Shown piece after piece: positions 63,419 through 64,000 of a stretch of DNA of 64,000 nucleotides. The stretch is from Thermoguttaceae bacterium (lineage in GTDB: Bacteria; Planctomycetota; Planctomycetia; Pirellulales; Thermoguttaceae): the NCBI GenBank assembly GCA_963674835.2, contig CAXXKC010000003.1:1736842-1800841 (forward strand), read 5' to 3'. Each line of letters opens with the position of its first letter. Position 1 is the first letter of the stretch. The position numbers and the translations under genes are program-made. Below the pieces are notes generated by a model. The model worked only from the letters and a program-made list of their open reading frames with translations, had not been told where the DNA came from and ran no database searches.

Positions 63419-64000
63419 TTATTGCAGCTCCACTTGAGTGCGGGTCAGGTACGAACCCTGCAGTTCAAGATCGGCCAGTTCCAGGGCCGCCAGCACATCG
63501 CGCGGTCCGGCTCCACCTTCTCGGCTTGACAGCCGCATCTTCAACAGCCCTCCTTGGAGAGTGAGTTCTTCCAGGGCCTCGCGAAGATCGACGAAGGTGT
63601 TCTTTCCGACGCGTTGCATCGGCCAGCTCGCGGCGGCCATGAGCCGCCCAGCGCAGTCGGCGACGTCGGCCCGGCGCGGTCCGGGAACGGGGATCTGATA
63701 GGAGAAACTGCGAACCTGCGCTTTTTTGGCGGCAGGTGGAAGCACTTGGACGATAGAGAGAACCAGGCCGGGCAGGCTGTGAAGCGCAAGCCGTCGCTCG
63801 ATTTCTTCGGCGGTATACGACTGGGCCAGTTCCAGTTCCATTACTTCGTCCCATCCCTCGATGCCGACGGCCAACGCCGCCGGGAAACTCATCCGCGGTT
63901 TTGGATGGAACCCTTGGCTCATCCCCAACCGCAGACCGGCGCGCCGGAACCACCGCTCCATGGAGCGGGCCAGGTCCCGGTGCCCGATCAGACGCAACTC
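63419..64000 (-). CDS. DUF2344 / TIGR03936-type radical-SAM-associated protein; N-terminus beyond the right window edge
   Basis: HRDLARSMERWFRRAGLRLGMSQGFHPKPRMSFPAAL is typical of this family. The frame is still open at nt 64000, so the TTG at 63997 is probably not the true start. Confidence 0.65.
   Translation of the reverse strand, partial: ELRLIGHRDLARSMERWFRRAGLRLGMSQGFHPKPRMSFPAALAVGIEGWDEVMELELAQSYTAEEIERRLALHSLPGLVLSIVQVLPPAAKKAQVRSFSYQIPVPGPRRADVADCAGRLMAAASWPMQRVGKNTFVDLREALEELTLQGGLLKMRLSSREGGAGPRDVLAALELADLELQGSYLTRTQVELQ

Noticed and set aside
1-64000. Search for CRISPR arrays, rRNA genes, and recognisable defence systems (restriction, Cas, toxin-antitoxin)
   Set aside because: I saw no regularly spaced direct repeats, no rRNA-like sequence, and no motifs typical of these systems among the translated ORFs. 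This was a visual scan only and could miss short or degenerate elements.

Overview
GC-rich bacterial chromosomal segment. All family calls come from reading motifs by eye; no BLAST or HMM search was run. The gene content (a BlaI/BlaR1 pair with LRR and SHD1 modules, many Tat-signal oxidoreductases, ThuA, xylose-isomerase-like proteins and many glycoside hydrolases) suggests a Planctomycetota-like organism, but that is inference only.

Layout, left to right:
- 1-8.1 kb: an edge-truncated GH2 that is missing from the ORF track, a decayed IS30 transposase fragment within about 1.7 kb of non-coding DNA, a GH38-like gene, and a degenerate type-II tRNA-like sequence.
- 8.1-15 kb: a blaI/blaR1-like pair with an unusual LRR-thioredoxin-SHD1 sensor tail, and a BNR-repeat protein.
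- 15-34 kb, the most interesting block: a trimeric NuoE/NuoF-type [FeFe]-hydrogenase operon (hydCBA) followed by a HydS-type sensory hydrogenase domain fused to a histidine kinase, a single-domain receiver and a receiver-kinase hybrid. Divergent from this are a stand-alone DHp (H-box) mini-protein translationally coupled to an NtrC-type sigma-54 activator, then a sigma-54-driven operon: REC-GcvH-like protein, hdrCBA, flxDCBA. Both sigma-54 promoters carry the same upstream CATACA-N-TGTAT-N7-CATACA site.
- 34-41 kb: a GlmU-like gene, a Tat-exported isomerase, an orphan hypothetical, and a Tat-DUF362 plus membrane polyferredoxin plus Tat-unknown module.
- 41-60 kb: a carbohydrate-active island (ThuA, beta-helix/PKD, GH36, GH28-like, GH97) with an embedded PEP-mutase/ADH/HpcH-aldolase/Gfo-Idh-MocA operon.
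- 60-64 kb: parA, rplU, RNase E/G and an edge-truncated DUF2344 gene.

A 93-nt intergenic repeat occurs twice. No CRISPR array or rRNA was seen.
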